This document shows, piece after piece, positions 37,836 to 49,800 of a stretch of DNA of 64,000 bases. Source of the DNA: Callorhinchus milii (taxonomy: Eukaryota); assembly GCF_018977255.1 (NCBI RefSeq), contig NW_024704757.1, positions 11,842,001 through 11,906,000 on the forward strand. The letters run 5' to 3'. The notes beneath the pieces were generated by a model that did no database searches, was not told the DNA's origin, and saw nothing but the letters and a program-made list of their open reading frames with translations. The position numbers were made by a program, and so were the translations under genes. Numbering within the stretch: the stretch's first letter is position 1; each line of letters opens with the position of its first letter.

Positions 37836-40800
37836 CTGTTTAGAAAATTATACAAACGTTACCATAAAAACATTCAAAAAGTTTATGCTTGAAGACTAAA
37901 ATTGCATACCAGCTTCCTCAAGAATAAAATTGACCTCGGACTATTTGAAGATAAGGTTTGATTGTTAAAAAGCAGAATATCTGATTGTAATTTTCTGCAT
38001 CTAAAACAAACCTGTAGGGCTCAGTGTTACTATAAAATCTAAGCCAAGCAAATATAGAAACTACCATCAGTTATGCTTAGACATTAATAACATGGTTCAT
38101 AAGTTTAATCAGTTACCTTTTATTCTCTTTGTTTATAATAAAGATGCATAATTTCACGAGTACTTAAAGTGACTCATTTAGAAAATAAAATTTCAATTAT
38201 CATCCATTAAATAATCCACCAGCAATAGATCTTATTTATCCACATGCAAAATTAGTCATATTAGAGGGGTTTGGATGATTTTTTTCATTTTTTTTCTTAC
38301 GTTAGCCCGATCAGTAACAATTATTAACGCTTACATGTTAAGCCAATATTGTTAAGTCCCTGGGGACGTCCTCTTGATGTGACAGGCGCAAGATAAATGC
38401 AAGCTTGTATTGTATTTGCAATAGCTTAGTGAGCATTCCTGAAACAGTTTAAAAGCATGAAATGCAGTTTTGAACCACAATTATAAAGTGCAGTAGTTTT
38501 AAAAAAAAATTAGCTTTTTTTCCTCAACCTGTGACATTTGGAGAGTGTTCCTCAAACTGAATCAAGTCACCATATTCAAGAATAACCGGGTCAGGTCTGA
38601 GCTGAGGAGATGGCAAGCAGGATGGGACAGGTCCACCCAACAGGTCAATAGGAGATTGATTGCTGAGGCAGAGAAGGTCTTGTTCAGTCTGGTTTGAACC
38701 TGTAAAATTCATGATAGATTGTGAATGTTACTGATCACAAAGTTTCAAGTACCCACACCTTACACCAATTTTATTAAGATGCATCCATCATTTCACGTGT
38801 GCTTAAAAAGTGATTCATTTTTAGTTAAAAAAAGTATTTATAAAGTTCATTTAGTTCCATATCTTAATTCCATTCTGCAGCGGCCAGAAACTATGATATC
38901 ACAACCATCCAACAAGATCGGTTCTTCCACAGACAGAAGTGAACAAAACTGGAGGTTAGATTATATAGTTACAAGTCACCCAGAAAACATTCCAAACAGT
39001 TGAGTTATATGTTTACTTTACACGCTTGACTGTGCAAACTATTATTATTATTAAGCAGGTATTGGATAAAAAAAATCAAGTGCAGGATTTTAGCAAAACG
39101 TTCTTGTGCATTTTATTGAAAATCTTAGCAGCTGGATAACTAATATGAACAGGCNTTTTTTTAATGCAAGAAACACAGCTTTCTTTTACTTTTTTTAATA
39201 AAGAAGTCAGCAAAACATGACAATTATCTAAATTATAATAAACTGTACACACATTTGGAATATTGTTGATAATCAAACAAGAATATTGCTCATGTATTGC
39301 ATCAAATCCAAACGCCGTTGGGTCAGGCTACACAAAATTTCAAGTGCTCACATCTTACACCAATTTACTAAGATGCACCCATCATTTAACGTGTACTTAA
39401 AGCGATTCATATATATTATACATAAAATTGAAAAACTTACTGGAGCTGGAAGTTTCTTCTTTTGTCTCACTGTCACACTCCTCTAGTCTTTCTGATTTCT
39501 CTACAGCCAAGGTTATAGGTCGTTTGGGGTCTTCCAGTACCTGTTCACAATCTTCAACTCCGCAAGCAGGGGAACTGGAAGAGCTATTCCAAACTGGAAC
39601 AACACATTAAAAGACATCAACTTATTCTCAGGCCGAGTCAGTAACAAGCACTTCAATTAAGCAAGAGTTTCAGTTTATTTCAACAACTCTGGCTTGGTTT
39701 AACTTAATAAAAAAAAACTTACAAAAAACTATAAATACTCCAGATTAAGATGAATTAGTTATTTCAGACAGAGTCGCTCTGGAGTACTACACAGACCCCT
39801 TTCCTCCACAGGGGGAAACATTTTGGCTTGGGTTTGTATTTCTGACAATTTCTCAATCCCTGCACCCAGCCCTTGTTTCTTTATATTCATAAATATAAAG
39901 TCTTTACCTTTCATGCTATTTTTCAAAACGATTATTCTTTTCTGACCATGCCCTTTGATCCAAACAACCTGTTTAAATAAAGAGACATTAACAACAACAA
40001 AATTACATTTGTAAAGCGCCTTTCACATCGGGAGGACGTCCCAAACACTGAACAGTCAAGGATCAGGACCCGAGCGTATGGATGAGGGAGGGCAGAAGGG
40101 GTAGGAGGGCGGCTGAAGGCAGAGTAAAAAATTAGGGTCTTGAATCGTGCCTTGAAGGAGGCAAGAGAGAGAGAGAGAGAGAGAGAGCAAGGCAAAGGGA
40201 TTGTGGGATGGAGTTCCAAAGAGTGGGGGCAGAGAGGCTGAAAGCCTAGCTGCCAAGGTAGGGTGGGTTGTGGGGGTGGGGGCAAGACTTGGAGCAAGCC
40301 AAAGCTTGCTGAGTCAAGGGAGCGGACAGGTTGATAGGCGGTCAGCAGGTCAGAGATGTAGGAGGGGGCAAGGCCATGGAGGGCCTTGAAAGTGAGGACA
40401 AGGATTTTGAATTCTATCCTCTGAGGCACAGGGAGCCAGGCGAGGGTGGGGGTGATGGGGTCACGGAGCCTGGTGCGGGAGAAGACACGAGCTGCAGAGT
40501 TCTGGATGAGTTGCAGCTTGTGGAGGGAAGAGTTGGGGAGGCCGACAAGGAGCGAGTTTCTGTAGTCGAGCCTTGAGGTGATGAATGTGTATATGCATTC
40601 GTCAAAACCCCATTCAGGAAACTTTGCTTCCTTTAGGTTCAAAATCCAGGTACAAGGGTGAATGGAGAGAGCGCTGAGTTAACGAGTGTGAGTAAAAGAA
40701 GAGAAGGAAAGCCTGCCTTGTAATTTAGGTGGACTTACAAACTAGAGAGAAGTCTATCGCTATTTTTTGGATACCTTGATTTATATTCCCTCCAGATCAA

Positions 40801-43800
40801 AATATCCCTCTGCTAATTTAAATTAATTGGCTACTCATCTCATTATGGTACTTTGCTGGCTGAGATTAGTTGCCGCATTTACTTATATAATCACTTTATC
40901 TCTAATCTAATTTTGTAAAGCACTCAAGTTGTTTATTTTACACAGGGCTACATGAATGAACTGTTATCCACAATACAAACTGTACCCAGGCAAAAGTAGC
41001 CTAGCCTTCAGCAGAGCAGACAATTGGGAAATTTCAATACCTTAATTCTGTTGTCTTGCCTAATCTGGCCATCCATAAACCTCTTACCCTTTTTCATCCT
41101 TCTGTCAGCCACTAACTGATTTAATGGCAGTTTAATAGTATATAAAACAAAGTTTTCACAGCCTGAAGGTAAACTTTAAAGGTCAGATTTCTTATCCAAA
41201 GCCCCAATATAGACACATATGTAATCATATCAACCTGAAATGTTTACTTGCCAAACTTCAGCTGAGTCAGGACTATTCACACTATTGAGTATCAACAAAT
41301 GCAACATTCCCATGTCGTACTCTCCTCTTCCCCCCCTCCAATATTTAGACCAGAAATTTTCTCTCATTCTGATGTTGCAAAGTAGAATAAAAGTCCTTTG
41401 GCTTAGCTTTACCTGTGATATTGCAACAAGGAGATCTTCAACACTCGCGTACCCATACAGTTTGGGTTGGAGCACTTCACCTGTGTACTTGTGGTAAGTA
41501 GCGGGAAACTCGGACAGAAAGATCTGCTGGTAGTGATAGGTGTGCAACAAGCTGCGGACATTCTTGGCAAACTGGTACACGTTAGTAAGTTTCACAGATT
41601 CTTCGCCTGCATCAGTACTGAATACCTGTCAAAGTTAACCAGAAAGAGAGCTAAATGAATATACGTCACCACTGCCTTAAACTGCTAATTAAGTTCTAAT
41701 ATTTCCATCTGGAGATGGAAACTGGTAGCCAATAGAATATCCTGCATCAGTTTCCCTTTATAACACCTGAATAATAAAAGGTGTCTTACAAAATAACCAT
41801 TGTCCACTCTACTGTAGCCTCAATTTTAGCTTTAATGAAACTAGCAAAAGCAACAAAATATTACATTAATGTGTACTAGACCTACAGTAAAAGAAAACAT
41901 CAAACATACCAAGTCAACGAGAGATAGGATAGGAAGAGCTTTGTTTAGAGGTTTGAATTTGTTCCAAATGATGGGGAAATGGGCAAATACATTTCCAAAA
42001 TTTATGACACTCAGTATTCAAAATTAACACGGTAGTGCAAATAGCATTCTCACCTCAACCAGGTAAGGCAAATTCTTCAATAGTTCTGCCAAGGACATGA
42101 AACCATACTCAGATGGGACAAGAGCATAGCCATAAAAAGAATCAAACTGATTTTTAAGATTGTCGAACGTCAGGAAAGGGATACCATCCAGGGACATCAG
42201 CAACACCATCAGCTGAGCAGTGAGCGTACGAAAAGGCTTCTTGTTTATCAGCTGGAGCTGTTTGCCTAATGGTGTGTTAAGAGTCTTCAGAGAAAAGACA
42301 CATAGAATCAGAAACAATCAAAAGGAACCTATAACTGGTATATGCTGGAAGATTCACTTTCACCTACCTTTGCAATGTGGCAAAGTTTCTGCATAAGCTC
42401 TGCAACAGTGTTGACGTCATAATCCTGGAGGCGTAGAGTATAACCAAATGTTTTGTTATACTCCGGAAGAAAATCAGAAAGCATCATGCAACTGTCCTTT
42501 TGCGAACGAACCAACTTAATGAGCTGTGCAGTCAGTGCATTGATCTGTTCAGTTTCTGTTAAAACTAGAATCTTTTCTTCCCCACACTCCAGCACCTGTA
42601 GACAACAGTAATCTTAATTTGTATTATCAATTAGTTTAAAAGGTTCATACAGCTCAACTCAAACACCTAGTGTAATGCCTAATGAAAACAAATTAAGCCA
42701 AATCAAGCTTCAATCTAAAATTAATCTGCTTGTCTCCGATCCTCCCTGATCCAAAATACTGAATGAAAATCATTCTCTCATTTTGGAACAAAACTGGATC
42801 ATGGATACCAACTGAATGAAATTGTTCTCTTTTCATGAATGCTTTGATAATTTTCACCTTCAATGAAGATAGAAAAAAAATCCGCCGGATAAATCCATCC
42901 TGCATCCGTTTCGCCCACAAATATACAGTCAATTCACTTTGCAGTCTATTCTGTGAAGCGCTTTGAGACGTCGAGAAGACGTGAAAAGCACTATATCAAA
43001 TGCCATGATTATTATTATTATTATATGAGGTTAGAGTTTGTCAGCAAAAGTGGGCACAGAATTGGTTAAACTGGGTCATGTCAGCATTTGGAGAGGATGA
43101 GTGTCCCAGCCAACAATCCTGATAAATGAGCTCCATGTGTGGGAGATCACATTTGTAGGTGTGCCTAGAAGTCTCTACACTATACCTGTGACGCACTGTG
43201 TTTTGCTCTCTTTTTGGCAGCATGGAGTCCTGTAGCTCAGTGGTTAGATCACTCGCTTTGCAAGTGAGAGACCTGAGTTCAATTCCAGGCAGAGGGCGAA
43301 ACCTTGGGCAAGTTTCTTTACTCCACACAGAGCCTAATAATAATCCCTCCAAAACCAAAAACAATAATAAAATTGATCATTTTCAATCTACGATTGTTTG
43401 TGGGACATTGCTGTGCGCAATTGGCGGCCGCGTTCGCCCACAAATATACAGTCAATTCACTTTAGTGTGTTCTGTGAAGCACTTTGGGACGTCCTCCCGA
43501 CGTGAAAAGTGCTATATCAAATGCAAGGATTATTATTATTATAAATACCAAAACAAATCCCAGGATCATTACACAATGCCCAGAGCCTTGGGACATCATC
43601 CGGACAGACACAAAAGGAGCTATAATAATGCAATGTTTGTTGTTGCTAAATTTACAAATGCATTATACACTAGATATTATAGATCGTTAGATACTCCTTT
43701 CCATCATTGCCTATTTTTTATGTAAATACATTAATAATAATCCTTGCATTTGATATAGCACTTTTTACGTCTTCTAGACGTCTCAAAGCGCTTCACAGAA

Positions 43801-46800
43801 TAGACTGTAAAGTGAATTGACTGTATATTTGTGGGCAAAATGTGGCAGCCAATTGCGCACAGCAATGTCCCACAAACATTCGTGGATTGAAATGACCAAT
43901 TTATTATTTTTTGAGGGATTATTAGGTGTGTGGAGTAAGGAAATTTGCCCAAGGTTTCACCCAACCGGGAATCGAATCTGGGTCTCTCGCTTGCAAGGCG
44001 AGTGCTCTAACCACTGAACTACAGGACTCTAATGTAAGTTGCTGGTAGTTTGATATGAAAATTTACTGGGATAATATTCCAAGTTTCCACTCACCTGCAG
44101 GACCTCTGGTATACATTCAAACAGTTCCAGGAGTTTGTTAAATCCATAGTAAGTGAGTTTGCACTGTCGTCCAAAGTGGTGGTGATATGTAGGGATGAAC
44201 TTGTTAAATGGCATCCGGAAGTGAGGTTGATGTCTCATCAAATCCACGACTTCTTTGGCAAACTGCTTGGTTCTCGCAATTTCCTCTGGAATCCGTTCTG
44301 AATTTAAAATGCAGATTTTTTGCATAAAATAGAAAGGCTGTAGTAATATTAGCTATATTAGTCTAACTTAAGACAAATTGGCAGATAAGATTAAATCTGA
44401 AGGGTAATCTGATATTTTATAATACTCGTTGAAGCTGTGGGAGATTAAGAAAATTTCTCTTATAAATGAATACTGTAGAATCTTGTGTATCCACACGTCT
44501 CTAGATGCAATACAAAGGCAGTACCATAATAATCCTTGCGTTTGCTATCAAACTCCGTACCCACATCTCACCAGTTCTGGCCCAGGTTCCACTGGTTCCC
44601 CATCAACGAACAGATCCTCTCACTCTTGTTCAAATCTCTTCACTCTTTGGCACCTCCCTACCTCTCCGACCTCCTCACTCCACCACCCGGCGCCTGTGCT
44701 CGACTGGCACCAGCCTCCTGCTCGGCCCTCGCACCCACTGCCCCAGCATTGGAGGTCGTGCTTTCAGTCACTACGCCCTGAAACTCTGGAAAACTCTCCC
44801 TCAATCCCTCTGTCTTGCCCCCTCTGTCCCCTTTTTCAAGTCTCGCCTAAAAACCTTCCCCTTTGACTGTGCTTACGGCCACCTCCCACCACCACCAGCT
44901 CAGAGTCAAGCTCCGCCACTGTTAAGCACTCCGTGACGCTTCCCTGCATGGAGGGCGCTATGCAAGTGCAAATTGTGGTTATAGCGGCTTATCACGTCTT
45001 TGAGACGTCTCAAAGTGCTTCACAGAATATACTGGAAAATGAATTGACCTCTACATTTTGTGAACGAAATGCGGCAACCAATGGTGCCCAGCAGTGTCCC
45101 ACAAGCAGCTTTAGATTGAGTGACCAATTTTTTCTTTTTTTTGAAGGAATTATTACCCCTAGACAAGCGATCTGCCATCGACAAACAACTGGGTTCCTAC
45201 TTACTGTAAGGTAAACAGAGGCGTGTGGAGTAAGGAAACTTGTCCAACGTTTCTCCCTGCCTTGGAATCATCCTAGGTTTCTCGCTTGCGAGGCGACTGC
45301 TCTAACTATTAAGCTACAGAACTCCACAAGATAGCTACTATGGGATTTAAGTGAGATGCATTTTTAGAGGAAGCTAGGTAGACACGAGGAAAAAGGGAGG
45401 GCGTAAGGAGTGGATGGAGAATGGAGTATAAACACCAGGATGGACTAGCTGGGCCGAATGGCCTGTTCCCGTGCTGGAAATCAATGTAAAGTTCATTTCA
45501 TATTTAGCTAGTTACTGTATTCATAGTGTATACAATGATTCAGATTTTGTACTCATGCCCCAATTGAAAGCAAAGGAACGGACAGTATATATCCAACTTC
45601 CCACTATATATTCTGTTCAAGTGCTGGTTTTCAAAATAAATTCTCAAATTTATAAATGTTTAGAGCAACAATGTTGAATATTTACTTCGCTTTGGGATAG
45701 AAATCACTGTATCATCATTTTCTTGTGCAATACAGATTGTCGTATCTGGTATTTCTGAGAGCAGGTCAGTCAGCTCACAAACACCATAGTCTGTCACGTT
45801 CCAATCCTTTGAAAAACACCTAGCAGAACCAAAGATGACCACATTAAGATGCGGAATTCGATGTTGCATACAAAAAAACATTTGCATTATAGATACACAG
45901 TAAAGTGGATAAACAAATCAGTAATGTCAATATAGTATTTATTACAATTTCCAATAGAAAATGATCGCAAGCAATCAGAGTTGTGTCTAGTGCTGGGGAG
46001 AGAAAGAAATGCAATCCCTTACACCTTCAGTGCTATAAAACTCAGCAGGGGTGGTAAGTGATGAGTCAATTGTGTTCAAACAGTGTGATGCAAACACACG
46101 GGCTTGATTGCTAAAATCTAGCAAGGGCTAGACTGTTAAAATTCCTGCACTTTAAGCGGTATTAAAGGGCTGACTGTAAGGAACAGCTTTCAATCTGGAA
46201 AGAGGCACCTCTTAGGTGCTCGTGTATAGAACAATATCAGACACTTAATGCGATAGTGAAAATAAACTCAAAATAATGCTTTCACACCAAAGCAGCAAGA
46301 TAAGAATGTGCATAAAATGACACCAGTTTGTTTTGAACAAGTCTTGATTTCCAGTTAATAGCATTATTAAAACACCTACTTTCCTTCAAGAATAATTCAG
46401 GTAAACACGCAATAGATTTGTGCTGCTGATTTCACGTCACAAGTGGAAATCCAGAATCAAGGCTGCCATACTATGACTTGTCAAACATTGTGGAATGTGT
46501 GATCACTTACCAATGATAAGCTTGTCCAAACTCGTTGATGAAGACTTGTTTGCTGGCTTGCGATTTGAGAAGCTTAAGTATATCCTGAGTGAAGCGCTTT
46601 ACCTGTGCCCGATGAGTTAGCGTAAGTAGACGTTTTGTGCCAAGGCCAAGAATCTGTACCAAATGACCACAGAGAGAAAAAAAATGACCGTCGATAGCCA
46701 GACGAATGCATTTCATAAATGGATTGACTCTACTAAACATCCTCTTGATAGGCTTCTGCAACACCCACTTCGGAGAACAAGAAATGCTATCTTTGTTTAG

Positions 46801-49800
46801 CAAAGAGCTGGACCTTCATTGCACCCTGGAGTGTCAGCTGGACACTACTGCCAATAAATTATGATTTGGAATTTCAAAGATTTATAGAAATGCTAAAATA
46901 GTTTAGATTCATACAAGTTTAAAAAATGTCAAAATAGATCATAGAATCAGTGAATCATAGTAGTATACAGGACAGGAGGCCATTCGGCCCATCATGCCCA
47001 CGTCAGCTCTTTGAAAGAGCTATCCAAATTAATTCCACGCCCCTGCTCTCTCCCCATAGCCTCGCAAATTTGTCCTCCCCAAATATCTATCCATGATGGA
47101 GAAAAAAAAAGATATTCAATAGATAATGGTCAAACAACAATCTGATGAATATTTGTGAAAACCCATCATTGATAGAATATGTGCTGCTTGCTGTATTTTA
47201 TTAGAACACTTACCTGCAGAACATGAGGTACTGCCTCCAGCAACTCCATTAATTTGGAATAGCCATAGTCTGACACTCGGCACTGCTTCCCAAAATGGTG
47301 GTGATAATTCGGTATGAATTTGTGATGCGACATGATGCAATGAGGTTGGTTCTTAAGCAGATCAATCACTTCTCGACTAAACTGAATCAGCTGTGGATTT
47401 CGTACAGGACTCTTGCAACGCAGTAGCCAGGGATCTGTGGAGACAGACAATGATCTGGTTTGTTGCTGGACTGATTTTGCAGCTTTACTCCTTCTCCCAG
47501 TGATGGGGTTGGAATGAAGACAAAGGTACTGAAAGTCAATGAGCTATGGGAAGGAGATTCTTTAAGAGCTCAAACTAAAGTCAAATGTTCCCAGGACCAT
47601 ATAATAACAAATAATAATTTGATATAACACCTCTCAGTGCTTCATAATATAATATACCCTATGAATTCTAGGTCACAAAAGCCATAACTGGTATTTCAGG
47701 AGCACAAACAATTTATATTCCACCTTAGGACAGTCTCAATCTACACCACATTTTTTTTAAAAAAAGCTTTGTTTAATACAAAATCAACAGCAGTTAACAC
47801 TGCATAAATAGTAACCTCATACAAATAGTAGAATAGTTTGAATGCTTCCTAGAGGTTATAAAAGTATTACATGCACCAGGAGGAAGACTGGAGACAAGTT
47901 TCTCAAGCCACCAGTCTTTCCAAGATGGCCAATCAATAATTCTATTCTGAGAACACGGTGAAAATCTCTATACTTAATGGCAGGAGGAATGTCACACCTA
48001 GATATTTCAAATAAACCACATAACCACAACCTATCTCTCACCCATATATATTACTACCTGCACTAATAGGTAGGCTTTCCCCACAGGTTAGCTTGAATTT
48101 TGAGTGAACTTACCAGTGTTAGGAAGTGGTGGCTTGTTATGCACCCATTTTACAACCTTGATCCCGTTTTGTGCCGTAACGATGTTAACACCAGGAACAC
48201 AGATTATGAGGTGTTCCAAAGGAACACCACCTTCTCCCTCCTCCACCATCTTCAGAACAGTGAACTCTGCAGCATAGCAGTCAGGAAAGCTACCGGCAAA
48301 AAGAGGGATGGGGGGGGGGGAGAAAAAAAGGTTAGTGATTCCTTATTGCCATGAAGGTTCCTTCCTCGGGTTGGCAACCACCCACAATTGGTCTGTTCCC
48401 CCACACCCGTGATCTCATTCCCTCTCCTGCTCCATGAAACAAGTTCTGTCATTGGCCTTCTATCTTTGCATTTAGCTTTTTTCCCCGTGTTTTATACATT
48501 GTTTCGCGTTTTATTTCATGTTATTTCGTCTTTGTGGATACAGCCCGGGGCTCTAAAAATCAAGATTTAAAAGGTCAACACGAACCAACTTACCTAAGCA
48601 GAGGAACGGTGCCCTCATGTGTGTGTAACAGGCTATGAACCTGAGGCGCAAACGTTTTTAGGGATAATATAACATATTGTATCTTGTAAGAGTCTGGGTC
48701 AAATTCATTCTCACTGGAACAAAACAAGAAAGACAAAGGTTATTTCTAAATGGACAAAAACGTGGAATGTGTACTTTTTACAATTATATTAATCCATCCT
48801 TGGAAAAATACGACTTTGCCACAGTACAAAATTACATTTGTACAGCGCCTTTTACATCAAGAGGACGTCCCAAGGCGCTGGATAGTCAGGGATTTGGACC
48901 CGAGCTGGGGGTTGGGATTGTGGAGGGTGACTGAAGGCATGGTCGAAGAGAAGGGTCTTGAAGGAAGCAAGAGAGGGGGTGAGGCGCTATAACAAAAAGC
49001 CATCCGTTCAATGTTTCAAAGTGCCCGTCAGCACAGCAAAAAGAATAGATATCACTCCGAAGTGCAACAAATTAGAAGAAATATGTGAAAAGAGGAAGCC
49101 TTACTCAAAGTTTGCATAGTATTAAAATAAGTAATCATCAAATGAAAGTTCCAATCACATTAATTCAGATCTATTTGATTGCATTTTCAAGCATTCCTTA
49201 GATAAACATATTTCCCATTTTTAAAGCAACTTATCTTTATAATAATCCTTGCATTTGATATAGTGCTTTTCACTCGTCTCAAAGCGCTTCACAGAATATA
49301 CTGTAAAGTGAATTGACTGTATATTTGTGGGCAAAACGCGGCAGCCAATTGCACACAGCAGTGTCCCAAAACAGTTATTGATTAGTGACCAAATTTTTAC
49401 TATTGCCAAACTATCATTTTTTTAAAAGGATTATTATTCCTGGAAAAGCGATCCACCAATCTTTGATTGGATACAGCCAGCCATTAAAAGGAAGAGGTTT
49501 CTTACCTAAAGTCGTTATCGCTGCAGTGTTGTTTACAGACTGGTTCATGATACTCCAGTTCCTCAAATATCACAGGACTGCAATTGGCTGATGAACCATC
49601 ATGAGACTGTGCAGAACTCAGTGGACTCTGCCTAGCCTGACTGCTAGGCAAGAGACAGACCATCCGTCCGTTTGGCTGATCGCGAATGGTCACCGTGTCC
49701 GTTAACTTGTACAAATTAGACACAGTCAGTTTGTGTCCAAACCTAGGAAGAAAATGTTTCACATTTCCATGAAATTCTTTGCACAAATTCTTTTGAGTAT

